From: an uncultured virus (IMG/VR IMGVR_UViG_3300025736_000012)
Lineage: Duplodnaviria > Heunggongvirae > Uroviricota > Caudoviricetes
Virus record (IMG/VR): IMGVR_UViG_3300025736_000012
DNA: 64,000 nt
Reading direction: 5' to 3' (one strand)
Of the stretch, positions 30,394 to 39,615 are shown piece by piece (within the stretch, counting starts at the first letter, position 1; the number at the start of each line of letters is the position of its first letter). Under the pieces are notes generated by a model. That model saw only the letters and a program-made list of their open reading frames with translations. It was not told the DNA's origin and did no database searches. Made by a program: the position numbers and the translations under genes.

Positions 30394-30711
30394 ATGGTCT
30401 ATTTGATGCACGTCACAAATATCGATAGCCGCCTACACAAAATAGGATTCTCAAGCAATGTCGAACGACGCCGCCGTGAGCTTTCCCGCGAGTTTTGCAC
30501 ACCACTCGTTTTGATAGGTTCTATCCAGGTAGACGATGGCAAAATGGTAGAAACCTGGTTCCACGAGTTGTTTGCGAGAGAGCGAGTAGACGGTGAACTA
30601 TTTTTACTGGATGATAGACAGGTTGCGTTATGGCTGGCATTAGCAACTGTTATAGCACGCAGCCAGGGATGCATTCTGAATACGGCAGTCTATGAAAAAG
30701 GAACTAAATGA
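30394..30711 (+). CDS. GIY-YIG (T5orf172/MUG113-like) protein
   Basis: VYLM..KIGFSSNVERR..L...ETWFHELF..RVDGELF. Confidence 0.75.
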   Translation: MVYLMHVTNIDSRLHKIGFSSNVERRRRELSREFCTPLVLIGSIQVDDGKMVETWFHELFARERVDGELFLLDDRQVALWLALATVIARSQGCILNTAVYEKGTK

Positions 30712-31173
30712 AACCAGTAGAATTTGATGAAATGACAAATACATTAGAAGGATACAGAAGTGACTTTTTAGATGAAAGCATTTTGTCACTACCGGTATGG
30801 AGGGATAACGAGAGATGCGTTTCTTGTTGGCAAATGTCATTCCGCGAACGTCTCTCAGCATTACTGTTCGGTCGTGTCTGGGCAGCCGTTTTGAGTGAGG
30901 CAACGCAACCCCCGATCTATTTGCAAGCCTCCAAGAGCTATTTTGAAACATCAGGACAAAAAGTGACACTTAGGCGGCTCTGGCATTGGATTATTGCTCG
31001 GTATCTCCGCAAGTGCGGAAGTAGTTTTCACACGTTTCCTTACGGGCCACGAGGTAGGTACGTGGTACTGATGGATGAGTGGCAGTATCATAATTATCAG
31101 GTTGGCAATCAGTAACGAGTGCAATCTATAGCGGTGACTGAGAGAGTACAAACCCAGAGTCAGAGATGTCAGG

Positions 31174-32049
31174 ATGAAAATTATGAAACCCAAACCAAAC
31201 TGGATTACAATCGCCGCACTCGCCACGCTTCTCATCTTTGCCAGAGGCGAAAAGCACAGCGCATCGTTAGGCCCCATCCCCCCAGCGGTTGTACAGTTTG
31301 CTATCCAACAAAAACCATCCCTCGGCGCTCTAATCCTCGATGGCGCAGAGAGTATCTGCCACACCTGGACGGGCGGCTGTTCCCCTACTGCGAGCTTTTG
31401 TTGGCTAAAGTACCTCGACGATCTGGGGTTCAATGCTATTCCCGACGACAAACCGGAGAGCGACTATATCGAAAGTCCCGAATGGTACGAAACTGTATCT
31501 TTGCCAATCGATTATGGCCCTCCCATCCCTGATTGTACAGAGTTGCCCGATTGCGATCCGCCAGATCCGCCAACGTCACTCGCTGGATATATGAGGACGA
31601 GCGCATCGGCTGATGGACTGGTTTACGGCTCAACCTGGTCTGACAAAGTTCTGCCTGGAGTGGTCGAGTACCTGCGCTATGTCTCTGTAACACACGGTTT
31701 ACCGGAGTACCAGATAGATATTGACACGGTCTATTCCTTCGGCTGGGATACCGTCGTGGCAGAACTAGAGCGCGGTTATCCTCTCCCGGCCCTGGGTTAC
31801 ATCGGCGGTGGCGGGCATTCTTGGGTGATAGTCGGCTACGATGATGATGCGCTACTGACCGCGATTTGCTCGACCTGGAGTAGCAGAATTGAATGGGTAG
31901 AGTATGGCAGAACAGATTCGGACGTCGTGTTTAAACTCTTACGAATTTACCCCGTCGCGTTGACCTGGGACGGGATGCCGGAATTGCCGGGGCTTGTTCC
32001 GTTGTATGGGAAGCGTGTGTACCTGCCGTTTGTGGCGCGTGAGGAGTAG
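31174..32049 (+). CDS. Secreted papain-like cysteine peptidase (C10/C39-like) with YLPxV tail
   Basis: Signal peptide; GGCSPTA (Cys), GGHSWVIVGYD (His); C-terminal RVYLPFVAREE. Confidence 0.7.
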   Translation: MKIMKPKPNWITIAALATLLIFARGEKHSASLGPIPPAVVQFAIQQKPSLGALILDGAESICHTWTGGCSPTASFCWLKYLDDLGFNAIPDDKPESDYIESPEWYETVSLPIDYGPPIPDCTELPDCDPPDPPTSLAGYMRTSASADGLVYGSTWSDKVLPGVVEYLRYVSVTHGLPEYQIDIDTVYSFGWDTVVAELERGYPLPALGYIGGGGHSWVIVGYDDDALLTAICSTWSSRIEWVEYGRTDSDVVFKLLRIYPVALTWDGMPELPGLVPLYGKRVYLPFVAREE

Positions 32050-32066
32050 GAGCGAGAAATGCTGGT

Positions 32067-32471
32067 CTACTTTGTAGCCTCCAACAGTTCCAAGATCGCA
32101 GCCTTCCGCGACCGAAACTGTCCCCCCTGGTTATCATCGTTGAACCACACCCACGACCGCCGAGCATCACTGTCCTGGTATACCCAACCGATGCGTCTTC
32201 CCTCATAGTACACTGCTTGGGCGTCCTTCTCTTGGGCGAGTGTCACACCCGGCACGCCAGAAGGCTGCCCTTGTACTGGATATTTATTGTCTGGCAACTC
32301 CACTGCCCAGTAGGGTATAGAGTGAGGCAGCTTGACACCAGTACCCCGGCAGCGGGCGCAGTCTTCTGCTTGGCCGTCACAGGCCGGGCAGGGTTGGGTG
32401 AGCATTTGCACGATACGCCGGGTGGATAGGTTGAGGATGTCGGCGGCCTGGGTTGTTGTGAGTTGGGTCAT
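32067..32471 (-). CDS. Excisionase-like HTH protein with DnaJ-type Zn finger
   Basis: LTTTQAADILNLSTRRIVQM; CPACDG..CARCRGTG. Confidence 0.6.
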   Translation of the reverse strand: MTQLTTTQAADILNLSTRRIVQMLTQPCPACDGQAEDCARCRGTGVKLPHSIPYWAVELPDNKYPVQGQPSGVPGVTLAQEKDAQAVYYEGRRIGWVYQDSDARRSWVWFNDDNQGGQFRSRKAAILELLEATK

Positions 32472-32972
32472 TGTGCTCCTGTGCGTAGGCATTCAAGTGC
32501 AACTGATAGACGTTCTTCTGCCACACGAAGTATCACAGTGTCTTTTTTAGGATAACTTGCACGGGTGTGCACCCACCATTCTTTTCTTTGTTCGTGGTAC
32601 ATCATATAACGTCTATGGCAAGACAATCTGGCATCTTCTCGTTTTAGGAATTCCACAACTTCTTGTTTCATTCGCCTTGCTCCCTGGCCTCTAGCCGGCT
32701 GGCTAGTTCTCTCGTCGCTGCCCGGACTAGCCAGGTTATACTTTTTCCTATCAGGTTGTCATAGCACTCATCTCCTACCAATTCCCTTACGAGTGCATTC
32801 CTGTAACCCTGAGCCTGTCTGATGTACTCGCCTGCTATCTGGTGTTTGGTCGGTAAGGGCATCTCGGATGATTCGGCTAGTGCTATTTGTTCCTGTTCGA
32901 TTTTTTCTATTTATTCGTAGTTGATTTTGCTGGTCATTTTCTTCTCTCCTTGTCTCTCTCTTATCTGACACT

Positions 32973-33137
32973 AGTATACACCACAATGCCAGGGTTGTCA
33001 AGTGATTGGTCATATTGCTCCTTTTTCGTTGTAGTAAATAGACAAAAATGGCAAGTTACTGCAATGGAATTTTAGCTCAAAAACCCGTCGAGAATGCTTG
33101 ACAATCCGTTGACAATTGACAACGGTTGTGGTACAAT
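32973..33137. promoter_or_regulatory. Second divergent promoter pair
   Basis: Leftward TTGACA-17-TATACT (33001-32973); rightward TTGACA(33109)-17-TACAAT; three closely spaced TTGACAA. Confidence 0.75.
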
Positions 33138-33143
33138 AGCTCT

Positions 33144-33332
33144 ATGGATGATAAGGTATTCGCCTCTGTTGAACTTTTGAGAATACAACGCGACCGGTGG
33201 GATGCTGTAGCGGATGAGCGCGGCATAAGCCGATCAGAGTTGATCCGTCAGGCTGTTGAACGTGACATCAACGGACGCCAGCCGCGAGAGGTGGCGTCCG
33301 TTGGGGAAATTAGCAGAGACTTTCAAGAATGA
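33144..33332 (+). CDS. CopG-like ribbon-helix-helix regulator (probably leaderless)
   Basis: RWDAVADERGISRSELIRQAVE; ATG 7 nt after the -10 box. Confidence 0.75.
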   Translation: MDDKVFASVELLRIQRDRWDAVADERGISRSELIRQAVERDINGRQPREVASVGEISRDFQE

Positions 33333-33680
33333 CTATAAAGGTGGTGAGAGATGACAACTTATGAAACAGTAGTAGCAGTCGGTGTGGAAAATACTGGCAC
33401 AGATATGCCGCGGGAATCTATTCTCGACAAAATTCATCAGCTTGATGATTGTTTGACAGATATTGTTACAGGTGTGATGAAAATCAGCGGCAACGAATCA
33501 CCTGAAGAAAAGCAATCGACACCTGGTGGTTGTGTGTTATCTGTCATTGAAATCAACCTGGATGTTATGACGAGTAAAGCGAGGGCGGCCATAAAATACC
33601 TGCAAGAAATAGACAACAGGATCTCATAACAAAAGCGGGGGGTTGGCGGCGCTGGCGGATGCGTTTGGGGAGGGGGAATA

Positions 33681-34151
33681 GTGTACGATAGCAAACAAGA
33701 CACGATAAATCACATCCAGAGAGTGCGCGAACTTCTAGTTAATTTTACTCTTGCACTTTCAGATAGAGCGAGCGACCACGACGAGAGTAAACTCAAGCCA
33801 CCTGAAAAGGAAATGTTTGATGAGTACACGCCATTGCTCGCGTCTCTCGATTATGGCAGTGATGCGTATAAAGAGGCATTGGATGGATTAGGGCCAGCGT
33901 TAGATCATCATTATCAGCATAACAGGCATCACCCAGAACATCACAAACACGGTATCAGAGGTATGACCCTCGTTGACGTGGTTGAGATGCTGATGGATTG
34001 GAAGGCAGCGAGCGAACGGCACGACAGTGGCAGCATAGAGCAATCATTGGCGGTGAACCTAGAACGGTTCGGGATCTCTAGTCAGTTAATGGAAATTCTT
34101 TTGAATACGGCGGTTGAGTTTGGGTGGATTGAGACGGATGGAAAAGAGTGA
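33681..34151 (+). CDS. DUF5662-like HD-type protein
   Basis: HDESKL..PE, HHYQHNRHHPEH, EMLMDW. Confidence 0.75.
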   Translation: MYDSKQDTINHIQRVRELLVNFTLALSDRASDHDESKLKPPEKEMFDEYTPLLASLDYGSDAYKEALDGLGPALDHHYQHNRHHPEHHKHGIRGMTLVDVVEMLMDWKAASERHDSGSIEQSLAVNLERFGISSQLMEILLNTAVEFGWIETDGKE

Positions 34152-34653
34152 AAATAAAAATCACAAAGATCACCCGTTACCGCGCCGACCTGGTAGACCT
34201 CCCTGGCTCACCTCCCTGTGGAGACGGTGACACGCCAGAGAGGGCGATTGCTAACCTCTTCCTTTTTATCCTGCGTTTACGAGGGCAAGAGAACTGGTTG
34301 AGGCATATCGACCTGGAGGATTGCATATTGGAACAGGTGGAGGAATGAATGACAGCTAAAGCAACGGTGGACGGGCGTGAACTTGTATACGGCGACGATA
34401 ATCAGTGGCGTTACTGTAATACCGATGAATTGGTCGATAACACGCTGGAAGTCTGCATAGTCAAAGATGGTGGCAAGACGTTGGGCATTGAACTGCAAGA
34501 AGCCACGCAAGCATTTTTCCTGGCGATTGACCAAGAGAAGTGGCCCTATCTCCGCGTTGGTAAATTTCCGTGCAAGAGCGACGGTTCAGATTATGAACGA
34601 CTCGTTGCTCGCGTTTACACCTATTCGAAAGCGGTGAAGGGAAAAGACGCTCG

Positions 34654-35883
34654 GTGACAAACCTACTCGAAACCTTGAAACTGATTGGCGTCGACGAGGT
34701 GACTTTCCATCCTCAGAACTATAATGAGCATCCCGATGCTCAGGTTGACACGCTGGAGAAGAGCCTCGAAAAGTTCAATCAATACAAAAACCTGGTAGTT
34801 TGGAGAGACCCTGACGACGGCGTTCTCTACTGCATCGCGGGCCACGGTATGCTATTGGCGGCCAAGCAGAAAGGTGACACAAAGATCGTCGTTAGTGACC
34901 AGAGTCATCTATCGCGTGAAGAGGCTGAGGACTTAATGATAACCGACAACCTCTCGCCCTCGCGCAAATTCGACAACGAGACGCTGGCGGCGCTGCTGGG
35001 GGATCGGGATGACCCGACTGAGATTCCGGGGATCGACGACGAGGTGCTGGCTGATTTGTTGGCGGGGATTGAGGAGGAGTTGCCACCAGCGCCAGAACCG
35101 CAGATTTCGCGGGCAGATGAGTTGCAAGAGAAGTGGAAGGTTAAAACGGGCGATCTGTGGGAGATAGGCAGACACAAGTTGATCTGCGGTGATTGCACGG
35201 ACGCGGCGGTGGTGGCGCAGTTGGGAAAACTGCCCTGTAATCTATTTTATGATCCGTCCTGGGATGGAGGTTTTCAAGTGCCAGAAGGGAAGTGGGAATC
35301 AACCCTCGCGTTCTGTGATGGATTTCGGGCAGGTACAATAATTGATCTTCTTGGCTCCCCGGCCTGGGTTTTTATTTGGGATTGCGTGACATCGTGGTAT
35401 ACTCCTAACCGCCCACTGCGACGCGGTAAACTGGCCCTATGGTACGGCAATCTCACAGATTATAATTTTAACGGTGCTCATTATGGGGAGCCACTTGAGG
35501 CGCACACTGTTAGAAATACGAGGGGAGAATATGATTTTGTGCCCGATCAACGCGGTAAGCATCTTTCAGATGTGTTTCAGATGGGCATTACGCAAATCCA
35601 CAAATCGCACAAGCACGAAAAACCGTTTGACTGGGTGCGGCTTCTCGTGGGTAACTGTTTGATTGGCGATGTTTATGATCCGTTTGCCGGAAGCGGCACA
35701 ACCGGCATAGCCTGTGAGAGACTTGGGCGCAAATCAAGGATGATAGAAATAGAGCCTAAATACTGTGCTGTAATTCTCCAGCGATTTGCGGATATGGGAC
35801 TCGTTCCATCCCTCATCAAAGATGCGTCTGGCAACCGCGTCGGCGGCAACGTGGCAATCACGACACAGCGTGATGAGGTTTGA
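34654..35883 (+). CDS. ParB-N domain fused to DNA methyltransferase (N4/N6 beta-type)
   Basis: HPQNYNEH..IAGHG..DN; GRHKLICGDCTD; atypical motif IV DPSW; HEKP; VYDPFAGSGTT. Confidence 0.8.
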   Translation: MTNLLETLKLIGVDEVTFHPQNYNEHPDAQVDTLEKSLEKFNQYKNLVVWRDPDDGVLYCIAGHGMLLAAKQKGDTKIVVSDQSHLSREEAEDLMITDNLSPSRKFDNETLAALLGDRDDPTEIPGIDDEVLADLLAGIEEELPPAPEPQISRADELQEKWKVKTGDLWEIGRHKLICGDCTDAAVVAQLGKLPCNLFYDPSWDGGFQVPEGKWESTLAFCDGFRAGTIIDLLGSPAWVFIWDCVTSWYTPNRPLRRGKLALWYGNLTDYNFNGAHYGEPLEAHTVRNTRGEYDFVPDQRGKHLSDVFQMGITQIHKSHKHEKPFDWVRLLVGNCLIGDVYDPFAGSGTTGIACERLGRKSRMIEIEPKYCAVILQRFADMGLVPSLIKDASGNRVGGNVAITTQRDEV

Positions 35884-36456
35884 TAGATAGTTGGCTTTAC
35901 TATGATTATCGAAAAGTCGAAATGGTTTAATATGATGCACTTCCAGGGCATGGTCAGATTGACTCTCGGTCAGGTTGCAGGTTTGGCAGGTATAGTTGTC
36001 GCGCTGTCGTGCCTTTCTGCGCTGGCGTTTCCAAGTTGGGCCATAGTATTGTTTATAGCCGCCGCGCCAGCTGGGGTGATTTTCACCGGTCAGATTTTGC
36101 GATTGCCATTTGCCCATACACTTTCGAGAGCAAAAGTTGTGTTTGTTGATTTGTGTATTTTTGCGACTAAACTCTTTGCCGCACCAATCACAAGCAACTA
36201 TTTGACTTCCCCATCCCAATATAACCATTCTGCATTCAGGACTACAAGCAACAGCGCCAGCCCTTTTTCGCCTGTACGGTTTTGCATAAAACTCTTTTCC
36301 GCAAGCTGGGCAGCGAGTGAACACTTTCTGCTTTTTTCTGTAGGCACGCTGGCATTCCCAAGAGCAAAAGAAAATACCGCTCTTGCTTCGTTTAATATAG
36401 CAATCGTGTTTGTATTGCTCTTTGCCACAATTTTCACAACCGGTTTTTCTTCCCAT
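35734..36456 (-). CDS. HNH homing endonuclease with Zn-finger repeats
   Basis: Repeated CxxCGK..FCS..C; RQRDNYTCQTC..LEVHHI..N..NLITLCRDCH; own promoter TTGACA(36492)-17-TATCAT immediately upstream. Confidence 0.9.
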   Translation of the reverse strand: MGRKTGCENCGKEQYKHDCYIKRSKSGIFFCSWECQRAYRKKQKVFTRCPACGKEFYAKPYRRKRAGAVACSPECRMVILGWGSQIVACDWCGKEFSRKNTQINKHNFCSRKCMGKWQSQNLTGENHPSWRGGYKQYYGPTWKRQRRKARQRDNYTCQTCNLTESQSDHALEVHHIKPFRLFDNHSKANYLSNLITLCRDCHVAADAVARRIFDEGWNESHIRKSLENYSTVFRLYFYHP

Positions 36457-36469
36457 ATACCGAATGATA

Positions 36470-37327
36470 CTACAGAAGGACAAATGTGTCAAACCCTTGT
36501 TGCGTGTGAGCAATTGGGGCGGCGGGCGGTTGGCGTAGAGATTGAACCAAAAAACGTCGCTCTAACTCTGCAACGGTTATGTGACATGGGCCTAGAGCCT
36601 CGCTTGGTAGAAGATTGAGCAGGTCGTTCTTGATGTAGTACGGTTGGTTGAGACTTTCGAGCAATTCGATTGCAGTTATGCCAAAGTCACGCCAGTTGAT
36701 AGTTTCTGCCAATGAGTGATAATTGAGCTTTCCGATTTTGAACAGGTTGACAAAGGTGTGGATTTCCTTGATAATCTGCAATGCTACACCTGGAGACAAT
36801 ACAGGTTCAAGACTAACCCAGGTTGGAATGTTTTTTTCGTAAAATTGATGTAAGGCGTAGATTCTATCGGATGGCAACGCAGCGCCAGGTTCCCATTCTA
36901 AGCTACGTTCGTCGTCAAGCCAGGTGAGAGTTGAGGCAAATGCATCATTGGGGGTGAATAGATCTATATCGCGCAGCGCCCGACTGCCGCCTTTCGTGAG
37001 GACTTGTACATTTAGTTGGCGACCGTGCAAAATCTCAATAGTTTGTCGGGTTAGCTTGTGTTCAATGTCAAGTTTTTGATATGGATCACAGGTGAAACAG
37101 AGTAAGATACGAACGTGGGTTCCGCTTTTCCATAGTTTCAATGTATCCTTCTTGAGTTGCAGAATGAAGTTTTTTCGTAGCGTGGGAACGTTGAAAACGG
37201 TACGAGGATTATATGTGGCGCTTGGAGCAAAACAGTATGTGCAACGATGGTCACAGCCACGATAAATATTACAGGCGAGAGGTGCATATTCACGAGCTTT
37301 TCTGCTAGGTTGATAGATGACAGACAT
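36470..37327 (-). CDS. Radical SAM protein (spore photoproduct lyase-like)
   Basis: GCDHRCTYCFA (CxxxCxxC), CDPYQ, VLTK, WEPGA, WVSLEP. Confidence 0.88.
   Translation of the reverse strand: MSVIYQPSRKAREYAPLACNIYRGCDHRCTYCFAPSATYNPRTVFNVPTLRKNFILQLKKDTLKLWKSGTHVRILLCFTCDPYQKLDIEHKLTRQTIEILHGRQLNVQVLTKGGSRALRDIDLFTPNDAFASTLTWLDDERSLEWEPGAALPSDRIYALHQFYEKNIPTWVSLEPVLSPGVALQIIKEIHTFVNLFKIGKLNYHSLAETINWRDFGITAIELLESLNQPYYIKNDLLNLLPSEALGPCHITVAELERRFLVQSLRQPPAAPIAHTQQGFDTFVLL
36493..36618 (+). pseudogene. Orphaned duplicate C-terminus of the DNA methyltransferase
   Basis: TLVACEQLGRRAVGVEIEPKNVALTLQRLCDMGLEP parallels TGIACERLGRKSRMIEIEPKYCAVILQRFADMGLVP at 35701. Confidence 0.8.
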
Positions 37328-37375
37328 TTTTCTCCTTTGTCGAGATTGGTACAGGCTCCCGGCTGGCCTGAGTAA

Positions 37376-37831
37376 TTATGATTTGATTTTGAATATCCAG
37401 ATTGGGAAATGGGGATCGCCGTGATGAACGTGAATGAAACCCAACAGAATAGGTTCAGTGATAGCATCCTGGCGCTCTGGTACAGGTGGGTCATACGAGT
37501 GCGTGCTTCCGTCGCTGCTGGCTACGCGCCAGCCTGGAGGTGCATCGGCGCGCAATTGACTTATTCCTTCATACAGTCCAGTCCTGAACAGGTTGACACC
37601 ACCTACTATGCGACAGGCCACCAACTCCTCGTCCGTATACTCGCCACCCTCAATGAGTTGCGAATGTTCTACAAATCTGCGCGTGTTCATCTTCTTCTCC
37701 TTTGGAATATATTTTTCAAATCCGTCTCTAATCAGTGTTTCAAAAGTTACTCGTTGGCTCTCAAACTTTCTGACCAGTTCGTCTAGTTTGTCTCCGGCGT
37801 CGTCGCTGATGCGATTGTTTATGGGTCTCAT
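37376..37831 (-). CDS. Hypothetical protein with RHH-like N-terminus
   Basis: INNRISDDAGDKLDELV...ETLIRD. Confidence 0.45.
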   Translation of the reverse strand: MRPINNRISDDAGDKLDELVRKFESQRVTFETLIRDGFEKYIPKEKKMNTRRFVEHSQLIEGGEYTDEELVACRIVGGVNLFRTGLYEGISQLRADAPPGWRVASSDGSTHSYDPPVPERQDAITEPILLGFIHVHHGDPHFPIWIFKIKS

Positions 37832-38482
37832 TTGTTTCTCCTAGCAGGCACAGTGCTTATAGCATCGTTCGCAATCCAAACAAACCGGCTCATTTCCACA
37901 AAAACACTCTTGCCACAATTGGCCGTGGGGCATTGGGCCGATTTTCTCCCGTTCAACATAGATCATCTCGCCTCGCGCTATCAATTCGGCAGTCTCGGCA
38001 GTCAGGTCGTGGCGGCCAGCGCCACCGATTCCCAACCCCGTTTTGTCAAAATCATTAGGCATTTTATTCTCCTATGCGTTAACGTACTTGGCGTCAAATC
38101 GCTCGCGGGTTGCACTGTCCCATCCGCGCCGGTTGCTCTCGTAGCCATTATATCCTCGGTTGTATCCGAGATTGTAGGTGTTCTCGTTTCGTTCCTCAGA
38201 GTATCCCAGTTCGCGAGCGGTGTCTACTCGTCCCTGCCAGAGACCGATCTGGTATTCACGGGTTTTAACCATATTGCTGAGTACCCAATCCCGTTTCATC
38301 ATTCCCCACCCGCTTACCTTTCCGTGATGGGCTTTTGCCCAGCGGGTTTTGAATTGCTCGTCGGTGGGCATCTCAACCGTTTTATACCTGGCCCACTTTT
38401 TCTCGTTTCCTGCTGTTGGTTCGTATTTTATTCTGCTGGTCATTTTCTCTCTCCTGGTTTGTTTGATTTCCTATCTAGCTAT

Positions 38483-38511
38483 ATTCTACCATATATCAAG
38501 CTATCTGTCAA
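38483..38511 (-). promoter_or_regulatory. Promoter of the leftward 38443-35734 unit
   Basis: TTGACA-17-TAGAAT. Confidence 0.7.
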
Positions 38512-39012
38512 TACGTGTAGTAATCTCGCAGTGTAGCAATTTTGTTCTAATTGTGGTATAATGGATAATGAGATGATAATTTTCACCTGGAACAAGACCG
38601 ACCCACTAGCCCGCCCGTATCCGCTAGGCGAGAGCCGGGCTGCGAACGTAGCGTTGAAAAGGAGTTTGCTAGAATGAACGTAACACCTTTTGCGGATATG
38701 AATTTAGCACAAACGGCATCGATTTATGTCCTCATCTGTTTGGATATTTTGTTATCGTTCTCTGTTGTATTTTCCAGGCAGGCGAGGCGATAGGAAAGGA
38801 GAAAAATGGAACTAACATTGCATACTGGTGGCGCAGGCGATTGGAATACTATTCACGTGAAATGGTTCGATGAGAATAATGTAGTCCGCCAAGACAGTCT
38901 CGAAATTATCATCAGAGAACAAGACAAGCCGCGTGTGTTGGAGTTTTACCTCAACGGCGTAAAGATTGCAGCGATAGATAGTCGCATTGGTAAAGCAGGA
39001 AAGTGAGGCAAA

Positions 39013-39615
39013 ATGACTAACCCCTGGCAGCGCCAACGAGACGGCGACGAACTGGAACCGATGCTCTGGTACGGGCGATTCGACAAGATTTACCGTCCGA
39101 TGGGTACAGAGAGGTCGCTGTTAGGCGCTGTCAATCGCTGGAGAGTACAAACCGGTAGGAAAAAGTATCACGCAGTGCCCGGTGCGTGGAATAATGCTTT
39201 TGAGCGTTGGCAATGGAAAACTAGAGCCGAAGCGTGGGACATTGCAGAGCTAGAACGTATCAAGGAAAAGTTTCAAAAGGACGCCGACGAGTGGCGGGCC
39301 AACCGTTTCAAAGACGCCGCGATGTTGCGAGACAAGGCGCTGGAGTTGCTCAAGCTGCCCACGACGACACGCATTGCTACGCGAGAGGAAATGATCGGTG
39401 ATAAATTGGTAGCGGTCGCCTATACGGTCGAAGCCATCCCACCCACGACGCTCAGGGCAGCGGCGGGTATCCTCAAGACCGCTGATGAGTTAGCACGGAT
39501 CACGACGAGGGAGACGTTGCCGACGACCGAGATCGATCACAAGACCGGTGGCGAGAAGATCAAGTCCAACGTCATCATAGTGCGTGAGTACGTGGATGAG
39601 CCAACAGCCGACTGA
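39013..39615 (+). CDS. terS: Terminase small subunit (putative)
   Basis: PWQRQ..E, W....QWKTRAEAWD; directly upstream of terL. Confidence 0.7.
   Translation: MTNPWQRQRDGDELEPMLWYGRFDKIYRPMGTERSLLGAVNRWRVQTGRKKYHAVPGAWNNAFERWQWKTRAEAWDIAELERIKEKFQKDADEWRANRFKDAAMLRDKALELLKLPTTTRIATREEMIGDKLVAVAYTVEAIPPTTLRAAAGILKTADELARITTRETLPTTEIDHKTGGEKIKSNVIIVREYVDEPTAD

Noticed and set aside
35902..36492. Hydrophobic 238-aa + strand ORF as a membrane protein
   Set aside because: Antisense shadow of the HNH gene; only its last 41 or so codons are meaningful, as the methylase remnant
37832..38536. 234-aa + strand ORF
   Set aside because: Opposite two minus-strand genes that have RBSs and a promoter
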